Positions 51,440 through 64,000 of a stretch of 64,000 nt of DNA are shown here, piece after piece. Source of the stretch: Vicugna vicugna (Eukaryota); the NCBI GenBank assembly GCA_013265495.1, contig MU058844.1, positions 1,742,941 through 1,806,940 on the forward strand. The letters run 5' to 3'. The position numbers were made by a program, and so were the translations under genes. A model generated the notes under the pieces. It did no database searches. It saw only the letters and a list, made by a program, of their open reading frames with translations, and was not told the DNA's origin. Within the stretch, counting starts at the first letter, position 1, and each line of letters begins with the position of its first letter.

Positions 51440-52370
51440 TGGGAAGAATTTAAATCTATATGAAGGAAGTAGAATGACTAAATTAATTTCCTCGCAGCCA
51501 TCTCTCAGCTCCAACAATTACCAACATTTTGTCTCTTTTATTTTGTCTGTCCTTACACTCACTCCCCAACTCCCACTTCATTATTCGTTATTATTGACTG
51601 TATTTTTTTTAAGTTAATACATGTAGGTCCCTTTAAATTCACAAATCTTGACCATATAATTTTGATGAATATATTCTCTTCCTTAACTCACATCACATTG
51701 AGATAGAAAATCTATCATTTCAGAAAGTTCTCTTAAGTCTTTTAAATCAGTATCTCCCCTAACCCCTCACAGGCAACTACTATTTCAATTAAAAAAATAT
51801 ATATATATATAAGGTTTGTCTGTTTAGAACTTCACATATATCAAATCGTACAGAATATGATATGTTACATTCAGCTTCTTTCCTCAGCATATTATCTGTG
51901 ATATTTCATTTATGATATTGGACATGTCAGTAATTTATTCCTTTTGATGGCTTAGTATCATTCTGCAAAATAAGTATTCCTTGTATATCCTTTCTTCTGT
52001 GAATGTATACTTGGATTGCTTCCAGCTTCTGGTTATTGTGAATAAATCTGGTATAAATATTCTTCTACAAAAATTTTTAATGGGCATTATTTTCATTTCT
52101 ATTGGATAAGTATCCAGAAGTAAAATTTCTCTGTCTAAGGTACACAGATGTTTATCTTTATAAGAAACTACCAAACCTTTGTCTAAAGTGGTTGGATCAT
52201 TTACATTCACACTAGAAATGTATGGGAGTCAGGATGCTCCACATCTTCCCAGTATTTGGAGTTGTCTTTTAAGTTTAGCCATCCTAATGTGTGTGCAGTG
52301 GTATCTGGTTGAGATTTTAACTTTTTTTCCTGATAACTAACAATTCTGGGTACTGTTTCATGTGGCAGAT
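51440..52370 (-). mobile_element. L1MC/ME-like 3' region
   Basis: 'ttggattgcttccagcttctggttattgtgaataaa', 'ttttacattcacactagaaatgtatg'. Confidence 0.75.
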
Positions 52371-52910
52371 TAAAAATTACTTTTACATATTTGTTCTGTC
52401 AACAATTATTTTTCAGTGCTTCAGTTATATATATATCAGGTTGTTCAAATGCATCTTTATTTGTGTTTGTTTTTTAATTTCTTATTGAAACTCGATTAAC
52501 TCATATTTTACATCCTCCTCTTTTATTGGCATATCCTCCTTAAGCTATTACATCTCTTCTTTGTATTCTTCTTTTGCAAGGAGAACTACTTCAGTATCTT
52601 TTTTTAATGACAGCAAAATACTTAGTCTCAATTTTAATATACTCCATGAAAACAATTCTCTTGTGAGAGTTTAATCTCTGCTTTCCTGTTATTCTTTTGA
52701 TTCTTGTAGCATATCTTTATCAATCATTTATGGGTAGTATTTTGAGTACTTAATTTTGAAGTTATTGTGTGTTTTCTGTACCATTTATTTGTAGGGGTTC
52801 ATGATGAGAAACCACAATTTGCCTAAATTTTCCTTAGACTCAGGATTTTGGGTGAAAGTTTACCATATACTATTGTTGGGCCAGTAGGAATGATAACTGT
52901 GGTATCTGTA

Positions 52911-52922
52911 TCTCTCTCTCCC

Positions 52923-52953
<31 letters not shown>

Positions 52954-52975
52954 ATGTATGTATATCTATATATTT
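52911..52975. repeat. Compound (CT)(GT)(ATGT) microsatellite
   Basis: direct read. Confidence 0.9.
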
Positions 52976-55900
52976 ATATTCTCTTTTATTTCCAGGAGAC
53001 AGACTAGTTCTTTCAACTACAGCATATCATTCAATCTCCCTCTGCTTTTTAAAACAAAGCTGAAATCATGCGAGTTTGCATTGTTGATATGTACACCTGC
53101 TTCTGTTGCTGAAAACAAGTGATTAGATGTTTCCTTCAGAAAGTGGCTCCAGAAAAGTACTCTGATATTCCGAAATCCGTGGTTTCCATTTTCTCTGTCA
53201 CACTTCTGTTCCATTGCCACTGTTCTTGGAAACTCCCCATCTGCTGCAAAATTGGGGGTTCCACTTGTGTCCCGGTTTTGCTGAAATCATATTTTGTGCT
53301 GTTGTTTCTTGGTCTCCTTTCTGCTTTCCATGATTTCTAAGAAAAAAGAGGGAGATGCTAATCTAAGCTGTCATCTTCAAACTGGCAGTGGTATTTTTTA
53401 AGACTTTTTTTCACTACATAAAAATCCTGTATCAGTATCTGCCCTTTCTCCCTCGTTACTTTCTTTTCTAAAAAACTGAGTTATATTTTCAAACGTTGCT
53501 GGTCCATGAAATTCAGAAGTCTGAAAAACAATGGGCGAAATAATCTATAGAATTCTTTCCAGTTTTAATTTTTAATTTTTCCAGTGGTGAAGACAATCTG
53601 TTTCCCTTCCCAAGAGTAGTGGGGATAAATGAATACAAGCTGCCATTTGTCATAACAAAGATGCTTTCTGGGGGCTGAGCCATGGCTTGATGAAGAATTC
53701 CTTCTGCTTGTCTCCTAAAGGCTCAAGGCCTGGAAGAGTCTATAGTCAAAAGACAGTGTTGCTATTGTCTGTCTGCTACAATCCCTGGCAGGCATTTAGT
53801 TGTATTTATTTGAAGTAGCAGAACGGGCTGTGAAGAACACCAGTGGCCACACAAACTGCTTGAGTTTTCAGTTCATTCACTAGGCCAAATATATATGGAT
53901 GTTTGGGAGAGCGAATGACTCTGTGTGTGTGTGTGTCCGTATGTGTGTGATAATGATCACTAGAGAGCCCCTCTCTGCCTGATATTAGATTTTATACATT
54001 CAAATAAAGCATGACTTACATATTTTAGCAAATCCAATATTTAAAAAAATCAATGTTTACCAGTATCATTTGACAAAGGGATTTTTTTTTTGTGGGTGGC
54101 TTCCCCAGTGCATTTCAAAAGAGGTGATTTATCGCTCGCACCCCCAACTTTACTAGCAAAATTTAAGTACATGTCAACCGTGTACTGTGTGGTACACATA
54201 TACGTATATTTGGGTGCCTCTAGTAGTTAGGAACCTCTCCAGTATTGCTAACAACTAACATTTGATGGAAGTTAAATTACTTCTGACTTGAGCTAAGAAG
54301 AACAATCAGAATAGATACTAAAGAGTTGCCTTCCTTAGCTTTCAAGTGATCTCATCAATGATTGAAACGAATAAATTAGCCAGGAGTATGAGTGCCTCCT
54401 GATACATGGACTGTATCATATTGAAAGGTGCTTGTTTTATCAGCAACACCTTACTGCAACCATAAAAGTTGAGGCATGATCTTAGTTTTGTTAAGCATCT
54501 CAGAAATTAGTTGTTCAGATATTCTGGAAGACTGACGCAGTAAGAAAATTCTGGAAGCATTTCTTTACTAATTTACCCCAAAATTTGCTAGTATACAATA
54601 GACAATGTACCTTTCCAGATACAGAGTACTAATATTTGTTCCCCTCGGTATCTCTTTCACAGTACCAGGGGAAATCAGAAGAAAGAAAATTTTATGTGCT
54701 GAGAACCTGCTCTATTTCCACAATTTTTTGCATTTGTTATCTCATTGAATCCTCAAGCAATTAATACAGTGCAGAGCAGAATTCAGTTAGTATGTGTTAA
54801 AAGGCCCTTGTTGTTGTCTCTATTCTACTACTGTCTCAAGAGAGATAGAACTAGTCATTTGAAATTTTAAGGTCAACAGAGGAATATAGCAGAGTTCCAG
54901 ATGACCTTGAGGGAGGATGAACCAAGATTTACGTAAAATCCCTGAGACTTGCTCTGTGTCTTAAGCTGTTGTTTCTCTGGCAAGCGGCTTAAATTTAGTT
55001 TTATGCTATAACTCATATACATCATGTGTGAGGCTTTTTTATCTTTACCTACTCTAGGAAATCATCACCAGATATAGCGGAATTGTGTTGTTTACATGAT
55101 CTGTGTTTCAAATATCTACAAAAAGGTATACACAAATGGATATATGTATACATACTATGTATATATACATTTATATAGATGCACAAATGTACATGTGTGT
55201 ATATATGTTCCTTATGCATGTGGGTGTGTGTAACCAAAGAAATCAAAGAGACAATTACCAGGGGAAGCTATATGGTGTTTCCTTTCCATATGGGAAGTAT
55301 TTACAAACCATTGCTTGGCTAGATCACCCTCTCAACTTCATCTCTGAACATTCTGTTTACCTGGAGCTAACCAGATTGTTAAGAATCTACCATACATATC
55401 TACATGGTCTGGTTAATTTGCTTCACAGTCATTCCTTTACCAACATGTCAGTCAATCCTGAGCTATTTTGGGGATCACCACTCACAACAAACTAATCTCT
55501 ATTTCAGTTTTTGTGTCATTTAATCCCAGGAATTAAAAATAACATTTTTCTCTAGAGACAAGGAAAGATGGTTTAATTTATTCTCTCCAATTCTGGGAAG
55601 AATTATACATTCTACTCTCTTTCCATAAAGGTATAGAGTTATTGAACTGCATTCCCTCACCTTCTAAGCTGATTCCCAAACCTCTATTTTTTACAAGAAG
55701 CTTCCTTTGAGGAGGATCTGTAATCCTAGAAACATACCTTCCTCACTTCACAAAGGCAGCACTTTGTAGCTCTGTGAGATCAGTTGGCTGCCTTGAAGCC
55801 AATAGATAAGGAATTTCTGGAGGGCCTAACTCTTCCCCTTCTTCTGGTCCATACTTACTCCTTAATCGTGAAATCATGGTGCACAATAGGTATTCATCAA

Positions 55901-57059
55901 AAAAGAGTTTAAATCAAAAGTAAAAAGGTGACATTTTGTAATCTTATTGCCTTTGGGGTATTTTTTAGCTCACTAAATTACCCTTACACTCTTTGTCCAC
56001 TTTGGGTCTCAAAATTTTGTTTTCTGCTAAGAAAAAGGATAGTGGTCTAATTTCTGATGCAGAGCAGTGTACAATACTTTGAAGGTAGAGGATGCCAACT
56101 GGGTCATTTTCCCCACTCTGGAGCACAGAGTTACATCTTTCTCCTTTTGCTGTCCTCAGCCCTATGAACCAAAAAGGAAGTGTGAAGCAAACTTTTGTCG
56201 AGTCCCCTGAGGGCTCTCTCAGGGTTGATTTCAAGCCTAATCTTTCATAGGTGATTTTTACTGAATCTTCATATTACTCTCAACTGCAAGCCTTCATCCC
56301 TGGCTTGCTGTGTGTTCATGGGCTCCTCTGCTTGCCAGAGAGTCCCATAAAGGCAAGTTCCCTTGCTGAGGCAGACCACACATTTCCTTGAGCACCTGCA
56401 TGCCACAATATGCCCTTCTTCTTTGACCCTATGGGGGTTGGTTTTAACACTTTTTAAAGTCTCTGTAACCAAAAATAGAACAGCTGGTAAGGAAGCTGTG
56501 GGGGGGTTTTAACCATAAGCTTTAAGTCTAATTTTTCAAAATTCAGACTAGGAAAGAAAAACTGAACTAATTACCATTATTTTAAATTAATGAACAGAAT
56601 GAATCTGAATGAAGAGAAAGACACCTGGAATTGAATATTTGGCCAACTCCTCCTAAAACTATTTTGGATTCAGTTTCTCCTCACATCTGGTTAGTTTAGA
56701 AATTTTAGAATAAGGACAGAGTAGGGGAGAATTAATAGAATTATCTGGATAGGTTATTTTTACATTTTATTATCATCACAGAGATAAAAACTCACATTTT
56801 ACTAACCATTAATCTAAATATACAATTTGCCTCTCAATAGTTTACACTTAAAATATTTACATTCTTTATTTTAGCTGAAGAAAAAAGGGTAAAAATATAT
56901 GTAGCATGTACTAATATGTTCATACATGTGATTATATATATTTAATATATTCTCTATAGAAATATTTTAATGTTCAAATTCAATGAATGGTAGTGATATT
57001 AAGAACCTGCTTTCTGCATGGCACTTTTGGTTGTAGAAAGCACAATTCAACATGGTCTT

Positions 57060-57315
57060 ATTACTGAAGATGGTAAGAAGCTAACAATATACCAGGAACA
57101 ATGGCAACATTTATGACTTCTATTATCACCGCTATTTGTTTTGGGTTTTACAACATTCACAGACATATGCACTTAACCTTCAGAAAAACTCAGTGAAAGA
57201 AATAGTTTTGGTGCTATTTTTAACTCCATGCTACAGATGTGGAAACCAGAGTGATATGCCCAAGGCCATGTGGTTAGGAAGTGGTGGAGCCAAGATGTAA
57301 AAGCGCGTTTTCTGA
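57060..57315 (-). mobile_element. MIR SINE
   Basis: 'ctccatgctacagatgtggaaacc...gcccaaggccatgtggttaggaagtggtggagcc'. Confidence 0.7.
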
Positions 57316-57441
57316 ATGAAGATTGTGTATTTTTTTCCATGACATCACACAACTGGTCAGATAACAAAATAAGGTCAAGGTCATCAAGTATCTGAAAAAA
57401 TACTCATATGTGCTATAGCTGTTCAGAGATGAGAAAAAAAA

Positions 57442-57645
57442 TCACTGTCTAATAGGATTTTCTACCATAACAGAAATAGTCTATATCCTCACTGTATAAT
57501 ATGATAGCCAATAGTCACACATAATTATTGAGCACTTGAAATGTGGTTATTAGTGGAACTGAGGAACTGAATTTTTAATTACATTTAATTTTAATTAATT
57601 TAAATCACCACATGTGACCGATGGCTTCCATATTAGATAGAACAG
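57442..57645 (+). mobile_element. MER3 hAT-Charlie DNA transposon
   Basis: 'tattgagcacttgaaatgtgg...ctgaggaactgaatttttaatt..atttaattttaattaatttaaat'. Confidence 0.85.
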
Positions 57646-58659
57646 GTTGCAGATTATTCTCGGAGGAGAATCACTAAATACTTTTCAACTTGGAGTAGTC
57701 AAATGTAGATTGTGTTTTAGGATGTTAATGTGACTGTGCTAGAATTTTCTCCCAGGAGACACAGAGGACAGTTTGGTTGAAATTATTCATATCAATTCAG
57801 ATTTGAATGGGCAAAGGCCTCAAACGGGAGAGGCGGCAGTGAAAGCAGAAACAGGAGAAGTTATGAAGAAGCAGTTTCTGGGACTTGAGTACTCATTAAA
57901 TGTGAGAAAGCAGTTTTCCTTCTTCAGTGCCTGAGAGACAATGAAATAATTGAAAAAGAAATAGGTTAATAAGTACAGACAGCTGGTTTTGAGGTAAAGA
58001 CAATTTGATCTTTTTAAAGCATCCTCATAGGATATAAGAGAGAATTCATTACATGTCAAAGAAAAGAGTGTATCAACTCTAGAGTGCTTTAGAAATGTAA
58101 GATACTGAATTTAAAATATCTGATTGGAACTGTCAGCTCCAGGTCAGGAGCAAAGCTAACATGCAACACAGACTTTCCTTACTTCAAGTAAAGTGCTTGT
58201 TTAATTGCAACATCGCTGTGTTTTCTATCCTCTAAAGAACATGAAGGGAAGAAAGAAAGAAAAGGAAAGGAAAAAAGAGGCTTTAAAAAGAAGGGGGGTC
58301 TAAGCTCACAGTCAATGGACTTAAAGAAATCCATCCTTGAGGCTGTGGCTTTTGTATCTTGGTCTTCATAAATTAGTTTTAAAGTCTGTGACTGACATTT
58401 AGTTCTATTTCCTATGGTAGGAAATTCAGGTAGCATTGGTTGAGCAATGGCTTTGTACTAAGCACTATCGCAGGCACTGGTATAGCTACAGAGAATAATT
58501 CTCTGTCCTCAAGAAATCTACAGTCTAATTGGGGCTTAAGGCAGGAACACAAATACTGTACTACAATAAGGAATATGTTGAACTATGTTGTTCTGCTTGA
58601 GTTTAAAGGAAGAAAGGTGACATGACAATTCACGAAGGACATCAGAAATGGGTTTCTGG

Positions 58660-58801
58660 TAAATAAGCCTAACTACCTTCCCCCCATACCTGCCTTAAAA
58701 ATGAAATACATTAAAAAAAAAAAAGAAAGAACAAGTCAGTTAACCAAAATAAAAACCATAAAATACAGAAATAATTTTTTTATTTAATAAAAATTTTTTA
58801 A
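58660..58801 (+). mobile_element. 142-bp retroposed insertion (probable camelid SINE tail) with 16-bp TSD
   Basis: flanks agaaatgggtttctgg (58644-59)/agaaatgggtttttgg (58802-17); 'taaataagcctaactaccttcccccc' then A-rich. Confidence 0.7.
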
Positions 58802-59029
58802 AGAAATGGGTTTTTGGAGAAAATGATAATTTCATAAGTTGGCATAGAAGGATATTTAGAGCACTTTCAGATCTAGTCAGTATGTCAAGGATACTCCAAG
58901 TACCAGATTAATTACAAGCCACATTATTACAGTAGACTTATGAAGTGGCTAGAGAAAATTAAACTAGCCTTTGAAAGACTAAGCTGGTAATGTAGGCTGT
59001 GGGTCATATCATGTGATATCTTGAAGGTT

Positions 59030-59660
59030 AGATACATTAATTCCGTAAGTATTTGGTGAATATCTACCAGGTATTCTCTTGAGTTGTGAGGGGAAAAGGG
59101 AATGAATAAAACAGACCAATTCTCTACCATCATGACATATTTCAGTGGGAAAGAAACAGCAAACAAACAAACAAAAAATCATCATATAAGTATTTAGTCT
59201 TAATTGTGATATGTTCTTTTAGAAAAATAAAAATGATGTTTAAGTGTATAACAGAGAAACTTGGCATCTTCTAAAGGGTCAAGGAAGGCATTTCTGAGGA
59301 AGTTACATTTAAGCTGAGGCCTGAAAGATATTCAGATATTAACTGGGTAAAGTGAGTTTGGAAAGGTGGACAGAGGAGGGTGGGGGGACACAGTGATTGT
59401 TCCAGACAGAGGAAGTAGCATGTTCAAAAGTCCTGGGGCAGGTATAACCTTAACTAATTCAAGGGCCCGAAAGAAAGTCCATTTGGAATGTGTGTGGTAG
59501 TGATGAGGGTGAGTAGTAAGAAATAAAATCAACGAAGTAGATCGAGGCCAGATTAGGGCCAGATCAGGCAGGGTCCTGTGGTCGACTTAAAGTATTTTGA
59601 CCTTTATTTTAAGAGCAACAAGAAGCCACTGAATGATTTCTAAAAGGGGGTGGCATCAAG
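59030..59660 (-). mobile_element. L2 (L2a-like)
   Basis: 'tctgaggaagttacatttaagctgaggcctgaaagat', 'ttccagacagaggaagtagcatgttcaaaagtcctg'. Confidence 0.8.
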
Positions 59661-60224
59661 ACAGGGATACTGTACCTAGCAGAGTTTTAATTTGCAAACA
59701 TTGTAATCTGCTTTATCTAGTTCACACAGAATTATTAAAGATATAACTGATTTTAACAGGAAAATTAAAGGTATAAATTTGTTAAAGAGAAAGTGAAATT
59801 ACTGTGGAATATTAGGATAAGAGAATTAGGATACACAGCCAGAGGATACAGGGCTGCTCCATTATAGACCCTACTGCCACCACTGCTGCTGGGAAAAGGG
59901 ACCTCAGGCTTCATCACTGATGCTGACTACAGGATGCTGCTAGTAAGACTTCAGCTGGCGCTGTCTCTGAAATACTGGTGCCTATCCACCATGTTCTCTT
60001 TCTCTTCAGAATGAATCTCTCTACTTATGTCACTGCCTTCTAAATTAAAATCATGGGTATGTTTGATAGGTCACGTATCTTGGGGAAACATGAATTTTTA
60101 AGATGGAAATTCCTCAAATATAAAGAAAGCAGTTCCTGGATAACCAAAAGGATGTAAATGTCCATAAAAAGGGCTGTATTCAATTTTGTAGAAGTCATTA
60201 AAATCTGTGAGCAAAAGAGACCCA

Positions 60225-60600
60225 TGATTAGAGCTGTATTTCAGGAAAATAAATTTGGCAATCATATGTAGGTTAATGGGTGTGAAGGAGAAATCTGATA
60301 GGAGGCTTTTGCAAACTCCTGATGAGGCAGAAAGTGTCTGAACTTGAAAACTGGAAGTAGAAAAAACATGACATATATAAGAAACAATTTGGACAAGAGT
60401 ATCTGTATCACGCTTTTAAAATGGAAAAGATCATAGCTGGCTCTAAGTTTCCAAGCTTGGGTGACTATGAGAATGGGGGAACCAGTGAGGGAATTTCTGA
60501 GTATTTTTTGAGATGCTCTTGGAATGTTCAGATGAAATTTCCACTAGGTAGCTGGAAATTAGTTTCTCGAGGTTAGAAGGACATAAGGACTAAGGGCATA
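60225..60600 (-). mobile_element. L2 continuation
   Basis: 'tgattagagctgtatttcaggaaaataaatttggca', 'ccaagcttgggtgact'. Confidence 0.6.
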
Positions 60601-61459
60601 GACACTGCTATTGTTTTAAAAGGTGGGGAACCACTTTTTCAATGATGTTTACTTCCATATGGTGGGAGCGCAAACACTGTTAACTCTTAGGCTCTGCCAC
60701 CCTTTCATTCCCTGAATACCAGGGGATGAGGGTAGTTCATCTGACTATTATATGTGAAAGGAAGAACATGGCCAGTTTTGCCCTTTTTCATCCTTGGAAG
60801 TCAGTACAATGCTTCACATCATTTTCTTACATACTGGTACTTGTGCTGGGGCAGCCTCTGTTGCTACAGGGTGAGGAAATGGGCATTGTAGCTTTTGAAG
60901 GGACAACATTAAGATTCAGCATTTTTTTTTTTATGTTGGCTGGGAACATTGGAAAGTAAACCAAGACAAATTTAAGGGAGTAAAGTATACGTGTGAAGTG
61001 ATGGAGTGTCTGATGTGGCAAGGGCATACGGTTCAAGGCTTTGAATTTTATGTGTGAGTAAAATGTTCTAACCTCAGTCACTTTTGGAAGTTTATATTGG
61101 GCCAGATTTAAACAAAAGCTTAAAACTTTGGGTCAAAGGTATTTTGACTTTGGTTACTATGTGGCTTTGTCCACGGGCATGTTTCTACAGAGGACATTTC
61201 CCTAGAGGTAGGGATCTAAGTAAACATGGACCTTAAACAAAGGCATTCAGACCTCTGCAAAAGCACTTGGGCCCTGGAAGAAGTGCTTAGCTGGTGAAGG
61301 TGCATACAGGAGGCTCAGTAAAGTTCTGAGGACTTTTTAGATAGTCTCAGAGGGCTCCAGCCAAACAGACCCTGGCAAACTGCTAACTGTTTTAAGAGTC
61401 ATAGCCTGTTTTAGTGTGTGAGCCACTGCAGACTGCTATACAGGCACAGTATAATCTGG

Positions 61460-61745
61460 CATTGCAGGCTAGACTTAGGGGTGCAGAGAGACTACTGAGT
61501 CTCCATCCATTTTCTCTTCTTCCAGAGTATAACTAGATCTCATTTTCCAGTCTTCCTTGCAGTAAGTCATGTTTCTGTGATTGAGTTTTAGCCAACAGAA
61601 TATGAGTGGAAATGATGGTATATCATTTTTAGGCTCACTTCATGTAAACCTTCCTCACGGTTCCTCTCTGCTTTATTTCCCTTCACAAGCTTAGTCAAAT
61701 GAACAAGGAATCTTGGAAACCATGTGGCGCAGATGATGGGAATAA
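61460..61745 (+). mobile_element. MLT1I/J-like MaLR LTR fragment
   Basis: 'cattttccagtcttccttgcagtaag...tgagttttagccaacagaatatgagtggaaatgatg'. Confidence 0.65.
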
Positions 61746-62139
61746 AGAGGAAAATTAAAATTAAGATGTAACACGTGTAGATCTTGCCTCTCCAGAAACA
61801 ATGATTAGGATTTAATTTAACTTCTTGTTGATAGATTTCTTCCGGTTGAGATTAAATCAATAAGTTATGGGTTATGGATAAGGCCAGATTGACTGGCATC
61901 CTCATGAGGTTAAAAACAAGCCAAATTTCTCCATCTTCCCTCTCCTCCACTGAAATACCAAGGAATTTATGCTACTTTTAAAATATTGCTGAATATTCTG
62001 TTTATAATTTTGCCTAGGAGCAAAACTGGAGCTGTGGCCTGAATTATCTGAAAAAAAATTGGTGCAAGGCCAGTACTGTAATAATCTTGGATGCCTGGAC
62101 TCCATTACTATGAGCCAAAAATTAAAACCACAATAAAAC

Positions 62140-62840
62140 ACCTAAAAATGGATTAAAAAAACCCAACTATCTAATGTTGGCAGGAATGTGGAGCAACCAG
62201 AACTCTCAAATATTGTCATGGAAGTACAAAAATGATATACCTACTTGGGAAAAAATTTAGTAGTTTCTTATAAAATTAAATATTCTTCTATCCTATGGCC
62301 TAGGAATTCTCCCAGGTACTGATCCAAGAAGAATGAAGATATATCCACAAAACTCTTTGAGCAGTAACATCTATGGTGGTTTTATTCATAACATCCCAAA
62401 AGCTAGAAATAGCTCAGGTACCCATCAATGAGAGAACAGACTTTTAAAAAAGCCTGCGTCATATTCCTACATCTAACACTCCCTCCACACTCCCTCCCCC
62501 TCAGTAATAAAAAGGACTATACTATTGATACACAAAAACATAGGTGAATTTCAAAAATATCCTCAGTGAAAGAAACCAGACACTAGGGAATACATACTTT
62601 ATGATTCTATATACATTTCTACAGCAGGCAAAACTCAAGTATGATAAAAGACATCAGAACGACTGGTTTTTGAGGGACAGGAATTCACTGGGAAGTGTCA
62701 CAAGGGCACTCCCTGGAGTGACAGAAAATATTCCACTTCTTGATAGAGGCATGGAGTATATATTTGTCAAAATTAATTGAACTATATAGTTCAGATTTGT
62801 ACATTTCACCATTTGCAAATCCTGCCTCAATAAAAACACA
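62140..62840 (+). mobile_element. Old L1 (L1MC/ME-like) 3' end
   Basis: 'tgttggcaggaatgtggagcaaccagaactctca', 'cagtgaaagaaaccagaca', ends 'cctcaataaaaa'. Confidence 0.8.
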
Positions 62841-62868
62841 AGTAATACATTAAAAAACCTCTGCTTTA

Positions 62869-62876
62869 CTGTGGTG

Positions 62877-62910
<34 letters not shown>

Positions 62911-63381
62911 GGAATACTACTCTGCCATAAAAAATAATGCCATTTGCAGCAAGATGGATGGATGTAGAGACTGTCATTCCAAGTGAAGTAAGCCACAAAG
63001 AGTAAGAAAAATATTGTATGATATCACTCATATGTGGTATCTAGGGGAAAAAAAAGGGCCACTAATGAACTCATCTACAAAACAGAAACAGACTCGCAGA
63101 CTTAGTAAACAATCTTACGGTTCCCAGGGAAAGGGGGAGGGAGGGGATAAATTTGGGAGTTTGAGATTTACAAATGTTAGCCACTATACATAAAAATAGA
63201 TTTTTAAAAAAGTTTCTTTTGTATAGCACAGGGAACTATGTTCAATATCTTGTAATAACCTTAAATGGAAAAAATATGAGAACAAATATATGTATGTATA
63301 CGCATGACTGGGATATTGCACTGTACACCAGATATAGGCACATTGTAATTGACAGTATTAAAAAAAAAACAAAAAAACCCC
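62869..63381 (+). mobile_element. Young camelid-type L1 3' end with perfect 14-bp TSD
   Basis: TSD aaacctctgcttta at 62855-62868 and 63382-63395; TT/AAAA endonuclease site; A-rich tail; internal (CA)n. Confidence 0.92.
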
Positions 63382-64000
63382 AAACCTCTGCTTTAAAAAA
63401 TCAAGCATAAAATTCCGAGCATTGAAAGAACTATACACATTCTGGCAAACAGTAGCCTAGGTTTGAGCTGCTGAAGGAGCCTCAACTCTGCCCAGGCATC
63501 GAGACCTTCTCTAGCCAAGGCTGAGAAGACTAGGAAGTGCTGAGAATGAATTTTTGACTCTTCTTTCTGTGAACCTGGAATTCATGTGGGATTTTATTTT
63601 GAATTCAATGCCACTGATTGCTAGAATCCAACTTGTAACTTCATTTAAATTTTAACTTCTTTCTGAAAATTTGATAATGTTGGCGTGTTTATATTCACAT
63701 TGTTGTGATTTTTTTAAACTAGAGAATCTTTATGCCTTTTTATTATATGAGAATTCTAATGTTGTCTTGTAATTTTATGGAAGAACCTCTGTCATGCTAC
63801 ACTAGACAATATAGCTGGACATAATTTGGGATGGAAAAAGAATAGGGAGTAAAATATCAGCCTTATGTACAGAACCTTCTGGTCAAACTTTGCACTGCCC
63901 ACCGAAGTCCCACCAGGACACTCCAAGCGAGGAGGGTTTCCAGTCTACAACTGTGGTGACTGGCTTAAAGATCAGTTTGGGCTGAAGGCATTTGAGAAAT

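Noticed and set aside
55103..55495. 130-aa ORF with Y/I/M/C-rich start
   Set aside because: Arises from TA/CA low-complexity sequence.
59790..60225. Possible ancient MaLR-like LTR splitting the L2
   Set aside because: Plausible from context but too diverged to assign without an HMM search.
1..64000. The ORF-track entries (60-154 aa) as genes
   Set aside because: Short, many use non-ATG starts, many overlap repeats or microsatellites, and none shows a recognisable domain except the L1 remnant; consistent with chance ORFs in mammalian non-coding DNA.

Overview
AT-rich, CpG-poor eutherian genomic DNA, most likely camelid (alpaca/llama/camel), judged from a Vic-1-type tRNA-derived SINE at 41912-42003 and cetartiodactyl-type L1 3' ends. 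The window reads as a giant intron or intergenic region dominated by decayed interspersed repeats (MIR, L2, L1, MaLR/ERVL solo LTRs, hAT-Charlie MERs) and microsatellites. No ORF in the track looks like a real gene; the only recognisable protein-like translation is an L1 ORF2p remnant. The best non-repeat signal is an isolated 23-nt + strand microexon candidate (11398-11420) with near-ideal splice signals; I could not identify its host gene. Other points of interest are retrotransposition oddities (chimeric L1 3' end, possible 3' transduction, SINE-tail-only insertion), weaker exon candidates and possible enhancer blocks. I found no convincing previously undescribed multi-gene system. Repeat subfamily names come from remembered consensus sequences and boundaries are approximate unless TSDs are given.
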